From positions 160,358 to 224,357 of the IMG/VR virus record IMGVR_UViG_3300036770_006893: 64,000 bases of DNA. One strand, written 5' to 3'. The translations under genes and the position numbers were made by a program. Positions within the stretch are counted from its first letter, which is position 1, and each line of letters begins with the position of its first letter. The notes under the pieces are model-generated. The model worked only from the letters and a program-made list of their open reading frames with translations. It made no database searches and was not told where the DNA came from. Shown here one piece after another: positions 38,589 through 46,927 of this stretch.

Positions 38589-39727
38589 AATTGGTCGCCA
38601 AGTTGAGCAGCAAGGTCTTTGGCAGCACTACTTAGAAAGCGATTGTTGCTGAAATACAACGCTGTGGACGCTTGATTAAGGTACTCCACGACCGTTTTTA
38701 AAAGTTTGGTCTGCTGACCAGTCAGGTTTAAACAACCGTCACCAGATACTCTTCCAGGCACAACAGGATTAGCATCTCCATAAGCCTTGACTTGATCTGT
38801 TGAGTTAACATAAACAGCATCATCAAAATCTGAAGATGTAATAGTCGCATTATAATTCGTATTAGCTCCAAGATGATGAAAAGTATCTATAGAATTCTGA
38901 GTATTTTTCTGACCGCAACTAGGACTAAGTTGTTGCAAAATTTCTTTTGCCACATCTACAGATACAGGTAGACCATTTTCATCAGCCTTCTTATATGCCT
39001 TAGCATAACCCTTATACCATTCATCACTGCATTTAGCAGGATCGGTGACTATGTTGGTGCTTTGACCAGTTAGTGCCGACTGCAAAGCCGCAACATTAAT
39101 TGGTTGACCAGTTGATCCTGGCAGAATACTGGTAAAATAAGGAGCTTTCTTCTCCCAACCCTTACGCCACCAAGTATAAGGAACACGATAAATCTGATTA
39201 GGCTTGATCGCTCGTGGATCGCCACCAAAGTAATTTACCAGTTTCTTTTGTAGACCATTCCAGTAGGTTTTATTCTTACCGATTATTTGGCGACTAGATT
39301 CATCAAAAATCCAGTAGCACTGATAACCATTACGAGTATCAACTACCCAACTAGGCTTAACTGGAAAGTTGTTAATCTTTTCAAGAAATCGCTTCTTGTG
39401 CTGCATTACAACACTAGGCTTAAAATACTTGCCTTCATTGTCTCTACCAGCATCCATATCACAAAAGCAACTAGTAAACTGATTAATCGCATACATTTTG
39501 CGACCACCGTTTACATAGAAATAAACGTCAGAGTCATTACTATTATTGGCATTTATCGCCTCTGTAAGACGATCAGTATGACTCATACTGCTAATCTTCT
39601 TACGAGGATTACCGTTGTAAACAAAAATATGATTTTGCTTAAAAGAATTCAAGAATTTTTCGCTGTTCTTGACCGACGTATTATTGTTCTTATCAAAAGG
39701 ATTAAATCCAAGATTATCACTAAACAT
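38576..39727 (-). CDS. RepB'-like (AEP superfamily) DNA primase domain protein
   Basis: F.D.D, PS.VV.T.NG.Q.YW, GGD.......RVP; start placed at MFSDNL. Confidence 0.7.
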   Translation of the reverse strand: MFSDNLGFNPFDKNNNTSVKNSEKFLNSFKQNHIFVYNGNPRKKISSMSHTDRLTEAINANNSNDSDVYFYVNGGRKMYAINQFTSCFCDMDAGRDNEGKYFKPSVVMQHKKRFLEKINNFPVKPSWVVDTRNGYQCYWIFDESSRQIIGKNKTYWNGLQKKLVNYFGGDPRAIKPNQIYRVPYTWWRKGWEKKAPYFTSILPGSTGQPINVAALQSALTGQSTNIVTDPAKCSDEWYKGYAKAYKKADENGLPVSVDVAKEILQQLSPSCGQKNTQNSIDTFHHLGANTNYNATITSSDFDDAVYVNSTDQVKAYGDANPVVPGRVSGDGCLNLTGQQTKLLKTVVEYLNQASTALYFSNNRFLSSAAKDLAAQLGDQFCIG

Positions 39728-39793
39728 TTCTTTACCTGTTTCTTCTGTGAACCTATATTGGGGCGGCAACCTCTACCACCATTAGCAATATAA

Positions 39794-39880
39794 AATAGCG
39801 GGAGGGAATCGAACCCTCTCAAATAGCGTGTGTATCATTCGATACCAGAGGCTACTATCTTAGTCCCCAGACTCCACTAA
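39794..39880 (-). ncRNA. tRNA-like structured RNA without a canonical anticodon arm
   Basis: T-arm GAGGG-TTCGATT-CCCTC, acceptor-like TAGTGG/CCGCTA, short D-like hairpin, extended central arm. Confidence 0.55.
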
Positions 39881-39890
39881 TCCTTTTTAA

Positions 39891-40751
39891 TCAATAAACG
39901 CTATCGTAGTCATCCTCATCTTCGTAATCATCTTCATCGTCATCAAACTGATCCCAGTAATCGTCGCGGATATCATAATCCTCGTCATCATCATAATCAG
40001 CATACTCATCCTCTGAGAATGTAGCCGAATACAATGGCTTGAGAAGTTCTCCTTGGTATTCTCCAACCACAAGATATTCGCATGTGCGAAGTTTCTCGCA
40101 GTTGCAGTCGCTAGGAACACTCACAACGTCCTTGGGATTAATCTTAACAATGACAATACGATCACCAGCATCAACACTCCCATAACCAGCAACATAATTT
40201 AATGCACCAGCATGAAGCCCATCAGAACAACCGCGACTACGATCATCGTCAACCTTTGCTCTGGTCATCTTACAGATGTTGCCAACGCTATTATCGAATA
40301 CTCCACGATACTTATCCTTGTAATCACTTCTGACTGCCTTATAAGCAAGAAAACAACCGTCCTCAGTAATGGGTAGGTGTTCGTGTTCAAGGAAATCATA
40401 AAGCTCTTTTTGACTCTGCATACTAGGATTATCCATAAGATTATTCAGGAAATTAACAAGAGGCTGAAAAGGCAGACCCTTGCTCATAAATTCCAGAATA
40501 CGCTTACTAATACTGCCATGAACAACCTCGCCCTCATAAAGAACTTGACCGTTCTTAATCTCCACAAGGCCATCACTAAAAGTAGCAACAGCCTTTTGCA
40601 CATCAACAATCTCCAAGAGTTCATCAGCGGTTGCGGTTGGCAACGCCTCAAGAATCATCTTGTAATTAATATGATCCGGCAAAACCTGATAACTCTTGTT
40701 GTTAAGAACAAGGGTAAGATTACCATCAACCCACATAAAAGGAACGCTCAT
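39891..40751 (-). CDS. rIIB: rIIB-like protein
   Basis: F...L..NPS......LY.FL....LPIT.DG.FLAYK.V..DY.D, CS.GLH, VK.NP.DVVSVP.D....K.R.C.Y. Confidence 0.88.
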   Translation of the reverse strand: MSVPFMWVDGNLTLVLNNKSYQVLPDHINYKMILEALPTATADELLEIVDVQKAVATFSDGLVEIKNGQVLYEGEVVHGSISKRILEFMSKGLPFQPLVNFLNNLMDNPSMQSQKELYDFLEHEHLPITEDGCFLAYKAVRSDYKDKYRGVFDNSVGNICKMTRAKVDDDRSRGCSDGLHAGALNYVAGYGSVDAGDRIVIVKINPKDVVSVPSDCNCEKLRTCEYLVVGEYQGELLKPLYSATFSEDEYADYDDDEDYDIRDDYWDQFDDDEDDYEDEDDYDSVY

Positions 40752-40777
40752 TTGTTTTCTCCTGTTTCCTGTGAAAA

Positions 40778-43420
40778 TTAACCAATCATTTGACCAAACT
40801 GAACCTTTAATCTCTCAACATCATCAATAGAGTTAGACCAACTATTGTTATCACGATAGTAGTAACCCCTATTACCGTCATGCTGCTTGAGAGGATTAAT
40901 GTTCTTCAATTCTCTCAGGTTGCCACTGACAGGCGTAACACACATAGTATACTTCAGTATCGGATTGTTGTCAAGTTCCGCTTTAATAATTTTTCTAAGA
41001 GAAGAAATCTTTGGAGCCGTATACTCTTTATCTGACTCGGATTTCTTAAAGACATTCTTATATTGTGAAACCTTGCCACTATCATAAATCTGATCAATAA
41101 CCCGATGAATTTGATTATAGACCACATTAGAATCTTTGATTTTAGCACTGTCCAAGCCGTTGATACCAAAATCACTAAGTAGTTTGGTCATGTGACCATA
41201 GTAATCGTCTTTCTTGAACTTGCTAATATCAAATTCGTTACGATGAATAGTATCGGCAAAGAACTCCAAAATCATCAGACTGTCCAAAGCGGACACAATC
41301 TTCTGATTATTGATAAACTTACTATATTCAAGTCCGAAAATATTAAGCATATGGAATAGGAACTGGCGATCAATGTATCCGTGACCATATCCATGACTCA
41401 TCTTATCGTCTGAATTGAACTCAGCTTTACACTGTTCAACAAGGCTATTAAACTGATAGATATCCTTAAACTTTGTGTCATTGAGTTTCTTTAGACGGGT
41501 CTTGAACCAAGTGTTAAAATCGACAAGGTTGTAACCCTCCTTGACTAAACGATTGACTACACTCTGCTTGATACCATAAATATTTGTGTCATCAAATATC
41601 TTTTGCTTCTCAAGAAAGTCCTTATTCATAGACAAACTACTAATTGATGGATAATCAGTAGTAGCGGCTGCGTATCTAAGAATAGGAATATACACAATTT
41701 GATCCTCATCCTCAAGATCATCGAGCCTACTCTTGCTAAGACTACGCATCAGACTAGCATCATTGTAGTCATAATTAAGAGGCTCTGTATTCTTACGATC
41801 TCCAAAGATCAAGAAAATATCTTGGTCGCTAACGCTACCCTTGCTACCCTGACTCCCTCTTGCTTTAGGGGTGGACTTAATCAGATCACGATAATCTGAC
41901 ACGTTCAGAATATTCTTTTCTCCAACATCTTCAACAAGAGAGGCAAAGTTATTCTGTACATCAGTATGATCATTAGCATTGACCAACAGATAAGCAAAAC
42001 AATCGTTCTGATTGCAATACTTCGTAACAATCTTTTTGGCGGTTTCTGTGGCAGAAATATCGCACCAGAAGAAAACCATATTGCCGGACTTGCGACTACT
42101 ATTCCAGTAAGAATAACCCTTACCAGTAAGAGTATCGTGATGGATTCGGTCTGTCATATAAACTAAGCGACGAGAGCGATATCCAGATGTTCTGTAATTG
42201 AACACATATAGATTCTCATCCTTCTTAAGTTTATACTCAATATCTTGACCACTAGTAATATTATGGTCATTACCAGATGAATCAGTCCAACTAGCACCAA
42301 CGCCCCAACCACCAGCAAGATCATTCATCTGATAATAAGTGGTGATTGCCTCAATCTTAGTCTTAGCAGTAGCGATCTTGTCACTAAAATTCTTCTTGAG
42401 TTCCAAGAAAATATCCTGGGTCTTTTCTCGTAGAGTCTTTACAACACTCTTAGTGTATTGCAAACCTTCTCGACTAACATCCATCTCAAGTTCACCAATA
42501 TTGAACTCAAGCTCAAGGTAAAGACCCTGACTAATAATTTCTCCGACAAAAGCCTTCCATGAAGCGATATCTGCCTTATTGAAAGCCCTATTCCACTTTG
42601 CAATATGGTCTGGAGTTTCAGCCTTTTCCTCACCAATAAGATGAGAAACCTCAACTGGGTACGCAATGTTACCCATCAGAGCAATAACACCACTCTGAAT
42701 ACGATGATAATTGTTAGGAAACTTATTACTATCATTATTGAGTCGGCAAACACGCCAACCATCACCATCAATAACAATATTTCGCTGGCTGTATTCCTTG
42801 TTAAAATCCCAAGTAACACCGCCAGAAATAATAGGCTTCATCTTAAAGTAATGAAAAACCCTGATAGCTTTCTGACTAAATTCTTGGAAATCATATTGCT
42901 TAACAGCAAAACTAATCTCAAGACCATTAGGCTCAGATGTTTCGCAAGAATGAATAAGATTCAGATTAGGAACACCAGCATCGTCAATAGCCGCGATATA
43001 TGTGTATTGAGTGCCGTTGAAATAAGACGTTGTGGTAAAGCTCTTAGTATAAGCAAACGGACTCTTAGAACCTAGACCAAGGCAACCAACGAAATCATTA
43101 CTATCATTCTTATTAGAAGCACCATAAGTTGTGTACAGATGCTCCATATCCTTCTGACTAAGACCAGTGCCGTAATCACGCACACTGAAATTGGGATCAG
43201 CAGCGGTTGGCAACTTTACAAGAAAAGGATTCTTATTACCAGCACTAATGTGAGAGTCATAAGCATTAGTGGCAAGTTCACGAATAACTGCCATAACCTT
43301 GTCGGAATAAAGAGAGTCCGACAGAATCTTAAACATTTTGCTAGTTTGAGCAATCGTAAACTGATTAGATGCACTAATACCAGCACTATGAACTTCAACC
43401 GTTCGATCCGCAAGTTTCAT
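40778..43420 (-). CDS. rIIA: rIIA-like protein (N-terminal GHKL ATPase)
   Basis: LS..LY.DK..AVIREL.TNA.DSH, D.G.G, G.LGLGSKSPFAY, SRE.L.Y; directly upstream of rIIB. Confidence 0.88.
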   Translation of the reverse strand: MKLADRTVEVHSAGISASNQFTIAQTSKMFKILSDSLYSDKVMAVIRELATNAYDSHISAGNKNPFLVKLPTAADPNFSVRDYGTGLSQKDMEHLYTTYGASNKNDSNDFVGCLGLGSKSPFAYTKSFTTTSYFNGTQYTYIAAIDDAGVPNLNLIHSCETSEPNGLEISFAVKQYDFQEFSQKAIRVFHYFKMKPIISGGVTWDFNKEYSQRNIVIDGDGWRVCRLNNDSNKFPNNYHRIQSGVIALMGNIAYPVEVSHLIGEEKAETPDHIAKWNRAFNKADIASWKAFVGEIISQGLYLELEFNIGELEMDVSREGLQYTKSVVKTLREKTQDIFLELKKNFSDKIATAKTKIEAITTYYQMNDLAGGWGVGASWTDSSGNDHNITSGQDIEYKLKKDENLYVFNYRTSGYRSRRLVYMTDRIHHDTLTGKGYSYWNSSRKSGNMVFFWCDISATETAKKIVTKYCNQNDCFAYLLVNANDHTDVQNNFASLVEDVGEKNILNVSDYRDLIKSTPKARGSQGSKGSVSDQDIFLIFGDRKNTEPLNYDYNDASLMRSLSKSRLDDLEDEDQIVYIPILRYAAATTDYPSISSLSMNKDFLEKQKIFDDTNIYGIKQSVVNRLVKEGYNLVDFNTWFKTRLKKLNDTKFKDIYQFNSLVEQCKAEFNSDDKMSHGYGHGYIDRQFLFHMLNIFGLEYSKFINNQKIVSALDSLMILEFFADTIHRNEFDISKFKKDDYYGHMTKLLSDFGINGLDSAKIKDSNVVYNQIHRVIDQIYDSGKVSQYKNVFKKSESDKEYTAPKISSLRKIIKAELDNNPILKYTMCVTPVSGNLRELKNINPLKQHDGNRGYYYRDNNSWSNSIDDVERLKVQFGQMIG

Positions 43421-43451
43421 TTTGTTTCTCCAAGTGTCCTGTGATGCTCCA

Positions 43452-43479
43452 AGTATACATCGTCAATCCGCGTTGTCAA
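43452..43479 (-). promoter_or_regulatory. Early promoter for rIIA
   Basis: TTGACA-N16-TATACT. Confidence 0.75.
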
Positions 43480-43804
43480 CATTACGCTTTCTGGATTGCA
43501 AGATTTCTTTCGCTTTCATGGTTACGAAAGTTCCAGCAAATGCACCTAAAAATAGCGGAATAATATATAGCATATTTTTGCTAAAGCTTACTACCCCAAA
43601 TGCGGATAGTGAAGTTATCATACCAGCCATAAAAGACGACATTAAATTTTGTCTAGATTCTATGCAAAGAATATAATATGCATAAAACATATCTAGTATA
43701 AAATATGTTATAAATATCAGTAATGCTGAATTCGCATCAAATTGATTCGTCTGTATCATTTTCCCAAAAATTATCGTCTTTTGATGCCCAATTTTCTTCT
43801 TCAT
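43463..43804 (-). CDS. Small multi-TM membrane protein
   Basis: Three hydrophobic segments, GAF.GT motif. Confidence 0.55.
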   Translation of the reverse strand: MKKKIGHQKTIIFGKMIQTNQFDANSALLIFITYFILDMFYAYYILCIESRQNLMSSFMAGMITSLSAFGVVSFSKNMLYIIPLFLGAFAGTFVTMKAKEILQSRKRNVDNAD

Positions 43805-44063
43805 AATCTTCTACATCCATATCATCTTCTTCTGCCAATAGAATGGTGAAGTTATTCAAAATTTCTAAAACAATATCTACTTTTGTCATAATTTCAGAAA
43901 CCTCTTTTTTAATAGAGCATATCTCTTTTTTAAGGCTAGATGTTTCTTTTCCAAGATCTGTTACTTGTTTATTTAACATTAAGTCATTTTTATCAGACTC
44001 CCGAGATAGTTGATCCAATTTTTTGTATAAGTCATCTATATTTTTAGACATTGTTTTCTCCAT
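43737..44063 (-). CDS. Coiled-coil hypothetical protein
   Basis: Heptad pattern, acidic tail. Confidence 0.5.
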   Translation of the reverse strand: MEKTMSKNIDDLYKKLDQLSRESDKNDLMLNKQVTDLGKETSSLKKEICSIKKEVSEIMTKVDIVLEILNNFTILLAEEDDMDVEDYEEENWASKDDNFWENDTDESI

Positions 44064-44100
44064 CGGGATTTATAGACGCAAAATAAATATACACCATCTT

Positions 44101-44634
44101 CTATGCGAAACACTTACACTTGTATCGTCTGCAATATGAGCATTTTGGGCCTGGGTCTGGATTTCCCCAAGCATTAGATATTCCATTAAAACTTTCTTTT
44201 CCAGTATCTATGCAGACAACTTTCTTTTTTCGGCCTCTTTTTACTGTTCCAACATTATACCAATGACAGTCCCAAAATTTTAAGCCGGTTTTGAATTCTA
44301 TATCATTGACTAAATTTTGAATGTCCCGCATACTAATTTCCGTAGCAGGATCATATAGCGTGGCTAATTCGGTAACGAACCCCCAGTTGCTAGGATCGTC
44401 AAAATATATGTCGTTATGATAAGCAAATTTTAACTTACATATTTCTGTGTATATTTTTGGAGCAAGATCGAATCGTGATAATTTTTTTTGTATTGAGTGT
44501 GCTGCTATGGCCTTTTTTTTGTTTTTGAATTCTTTGAATACTAGATTGGATTGATTTTTAATTGGATAAACCTGACAAGATCCTCCTTCATCACTCCAGT
44601 CTGAACAGTCTATTAGATACTGATTATTAATCAT
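44101..44634 (-). CDS. Protein-kinase-like fold enzyme
   Basis: EGGSCQVY (Gly-loop), VFK, LAPK.Y, G.VTE, D.H..N, CID.G. Confidence 0.7.
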   Translation of the reverse strand: MINNQYLIDCSDWSDEGGSCQVYPIKNQSNLVFKEFKNKKKAIAAHSIQKKLSRFDLAPKIYTEICKLKFAYHNDIYFDDPSNWGFVTELATLYDPATEISMRDIQNLVNDIEFKTGLKFWDCHWYNVGTVKRGRKKKVVCIDTGKESFNGISNAWGNPDPGPKCSYCRRYKCKCFA

Positions 44635-44956
44635 TAGATCTATCTACTATTTTGTTACCCATTATTTCTTCAGAAATATTGATAGCTTCTTTCAAATCTT
44701 TAGTGTCTGTAATTTTAAGCGGACCTTTCGGAATGTCTATCCAATAAGATGCATAGACCCCGTAGAAAACATCTCCCAAAGAATGATCGTGCATCAAAAA
44801 ATCTACAGCATCATGGAAAATGTCTAAATACCAATCGCCGTGTTCGTCTTGAACTTCTTTTATCGTATCGACTAAAATAAAGCGAAAATTTGGATGCTTA
44901 AAGTCCGGGTCACTATGCACAATACCTCGATAAAATCTATTTGGTAAACTTACCAT
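44627..44956 (-). CDS. Hypothetical protein
   Basis: ORF in operon. Confidence 0.5.
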   Translation of the reverse strand: MVSLPNRFYRGIVHSDPDFKHPNFRFILVDTIKEVQDEHGDWYLDIFHDAVDFLMHDHSLGDVFYGVYASYWIDIPKGPLKITDTKDLKEAINISEEIMGNKIVDRSND

Positions 44957-45311
44957 ATTGGTTATATCCTTTCCAGTCTCCAGCTAAAAATTCTTTTTTG
45001 TTAGAGTAAAGAGGAACCACTTTTTCATCTGGGTTGTATGGATTGTCAATAAGTCTTAGATCATATAGGTCTTGTCTATCGTTGACTAGACCATAAGCAA
45101 CAGGATGCTTGAATATATCTATGATCTTAGTATATTTTTGCTTTAGGTCGCTTAGTTCTTTCTCACAGCTTAACCATCTTTGAGAATCTGCGCTATCTGC
45201 TCTAAGTTTTTTTAACTCATCTTTAGCATTATTTACTACAAAACGATCAGCACCACTGGCCCAAGCAAATTCAATAATAAAGTCGATAGGGTTAGAGTGT
45301 TCGTTCATCAA
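44937..45311 (-). CDS. Hypothetical protein
   Basis: ORF in operon. Confidence 0.5.
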   Translation of the reverse strand: MMNEHSNPIDFIIEFAWASGADRFVVNNAKDELKKLRADSADSQRWLSCEKELSDLKQKYTKIIDIFKHPVAYGLVNDRQDLYDLRLIDNPYNPDEKVVPLYSNKKEFLAGDWKGYNQYGKFTK

Positions 45312-45526
45312 ATGAATCCTATTCTAGTTTTTTCTGTTGTAACAACAGCCTCTATATCAGAAGAGTTAAAGATTTCGGTACAATATGATCGACCGCTCCA
45401 CCACCCACACTTATAAGTGATTGCATGATTAGGACCAATACTAACACAAATGATAGTCCCGTAAACATCATCTGTCAACTTAACCCTGGTTCCAATATTG
45501 TAAAATTCTAGAGAGTTTTTGCTCAT
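45308..45526 (-). CDS. Small hypothetical protein (start MSKNSLEF)
   Basis: AAGGA RBS before ATG 45526; the longer ORF call overlaps tRNA-Leu. Confidence 0.55.
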   Translation of the reverse strand: MSKNSLEFYNIGTRVKLTDDVYGTIICVSIGPNHAITYKCGWWSGRSYCTEIFNSSDIEAVVTTEKTRIGFI

Positions 45527-45565
45527 TTGTTTTCCTTGTTCTTTAAAAAGGTTTTGGTGTAATAA

Positions 45566-45648
45566 TCTCACGGGAGGGACTCGAACCCTCAAGACTAAAA
45601 GTCGAGGCATTTTAAGTGCCTTGCGTATACCAGTTTCGCCACCGTGAG
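45566..45648 (-). tRNA. tRNA-Leu (anticodon UAA), CCA not encoded
   Basis: Acceptor CTCACGG/CCGTGAG+A, D-arm GCG-AAACTGGTATA-CGC, anticodon AGGCA-CTTAAAA-TGCCT, long V-arm, T-arm GAGGG-TTCGAGT-CCCTC. Confidence 0.95.
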
Positions 45649-45655
45649 GTATGAT

Positions 45656-46087
45656 ATGAATCCTAAACGAAAGTGTTCCTGTTGTCAAGTGTACAAAGAC
45701 GAATCATTTTTTGCATTTAAAAATAGAAAATTAGGTAGATTACAAACTAGATGTAAAAAGTGTCAATCAAAATATCATAAACAACATTATAAATCAAACA
45801 AAGAAACATATTGCGAAAGAGCCAGAGCCAATAATCCAAGATATAAACAAAGAAATCAACAATTTATTAATGAATATAAAGCCAAAAAGGGTTGTAAATT
45901 CTGTCAAGAAAATACTCCTGTATGTTTGGATTTTCATCATGTTGACCCAAACATTAAAGATTGGAATATATCAGTAATGTCTAGGAGTGCTAGTTCAATA
46001 GCAACAATTAAAAATGAAATTGATAAGTGCATAGTAATCTGTTCTAATTGTCATAGAAAACTTCATGCTGGAATAATAAAAGAATAA
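45656..46087 (+). CDS. Free-standing HNH endonuclease
   Basis: C..C Zn fingers; GC..C......LDFHH.DP...E..KC...C.NCHR..H. Confidence 0.85.
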   Translation: MNPKRKCSCCQVYKDESFFAFKNRKLGRLQTRCKKCQSKYHKQHYKSNKETYCERARANNPRYKQRNQQFINEYKAKKGCKFCQENTPVCLDFHHVDPNIKDWNISVMSRSASSIATIKNEIDKCIVICSNCHRKLHAGIIKE

Positions 46088-46177
46088 AAAAAGCAATCGA
46101 CTACAACAATCAAAAGTTTGAGGTTGATTATTTGTGTGCCTCTCCCATTATAACCGTTGTAGCCGACTACCTTTTTT
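46086..46177 (-). ncRNA. Long G-U-rich stem-loop (3' UTR element / sRNA / terminator) with an antisense loop
   Basis: 21 contiguous pairs (7 G-U) between 46151-46171 and 46092-46112, flanked by A/U runs. Confidence 0.75.
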
Positions 46178-46190
46178 ATAGTATTGACTC

Positions 46191-46472
46191 TCAGCCGTTG
46201 TTATGAGCCTTGAGGCGACGAACAAACTCAGCCATAGCCTCAACATTATCTACTGTCTTGGTTGGCTTCGCACGTTCCATAGAAGGAAGTTCGATACCCT
46301 TCTGGGCCAGAGCGGCCTTGGTGCGAGCATAACGAGCCATAGTACTGGCAACCTTTTGACCAGTCTTACTAGCGATCTCAGCATAAGTCTTAGACGAGTA
46401 AACCGCTTCAAGAAATGCCTCATCGCTGCAACGAACACGGGTCTGCTTCTCAACATTACTAATTTCTGCCAT
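46191..46472 (-). CDS. Small HTH-like DNA-binding protein
   Basis: MAEISN... after TTTGGAGG RBS; TYAEIASKTGQKVASTMAR HTH-like segment. Confidence 0.6.
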   Translation of the reverse strand: MAEISNVEKQTRVRCSDEAFLEAVYSSKTYAEIASKTGQKVASTMARYARTKAALAQKGIELPSMERAKPTKTVDNVEAMAEFVRRLKAHNNG

Positions 46473-46549
46473 GATAATCAACCTCCAAATTAAGTTACCT
46501 TACTTCACGGTTTCGGCCACACGACCTCAAACACCCGTGTTGTATTAGC

Positions 46550-46577
46550 ATTATATCCTATGTATCGGCGTTGTCAA
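46550..46577 (-). promoter_or_regulatory. Early promoter with GCCGATA spacer motif
   Basis: TTGACA-ACGCCGATACATAGGA-TATAAT. Confidence 0.8.
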
Positions 46578-46596
46578 TACCCAAACTTGAAAAATT

Positions 46597-46779
46597 CTAC
46601 TCAGACGGCAAAATAATTGCGAGTAATATATATATCCACAATAATAGACTGCCGGTTGCAAAAAATCCTAGTACAAATAAAATTCTAACTAAAGAAACTT
46701 CGATACCCATATATTCAGAAATGCCTCCGCAAACACCAAAAATATTTTTATGTTTTTGACTTTTAGTTAATCTTTTCAT
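46597..46779 (-). CDS. pspC: PspC-domain membrane protein
   Basis: MKRL.KS...K.I.GVCGGI.EY.GI...LVRI.......Y......P. Confidence 0.85.
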   Translation of the reverse strand: MKRLTKSQKHKNIFGVCGGISEYMGIEVSLVRILFVLGFFATGSLLLWIYILLAIILPSE

Positions 46780-46927
46780 TTCTAGAACCTTCTTTTTCTA
46801 TTAAGGCTTCTTGTTTTATTTGATCTTCTACATCTTTAATAATTTTTTGCAGATATTTTATATAAGAAATCATTTGTTCATCTGTTGCATCATCTGGCAG
46901 TGGTATTATTTCCATATTATGTACGTT

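Noticed and set aside
39794-39880. Ordinary tRNA gene
   Set aside because: There is no canonical 5-bp anticodon stem with a 7-nt U33 loop; kept only as a tRNA-like element.
39287-43676. Long plus-strand ORFs opposite primase, rIIB and rIIA
   Set aside because: These are antisense frames left open because the sense genes avoid TTA/CTA/TCA codons; they contain no recognisable motifs.
45527-45688. N-terminal extension of ORF 45308..45688
   Set aside because: It runs through tRNA-Leu and the HNH start; a better start with an RBS exists at 45526.
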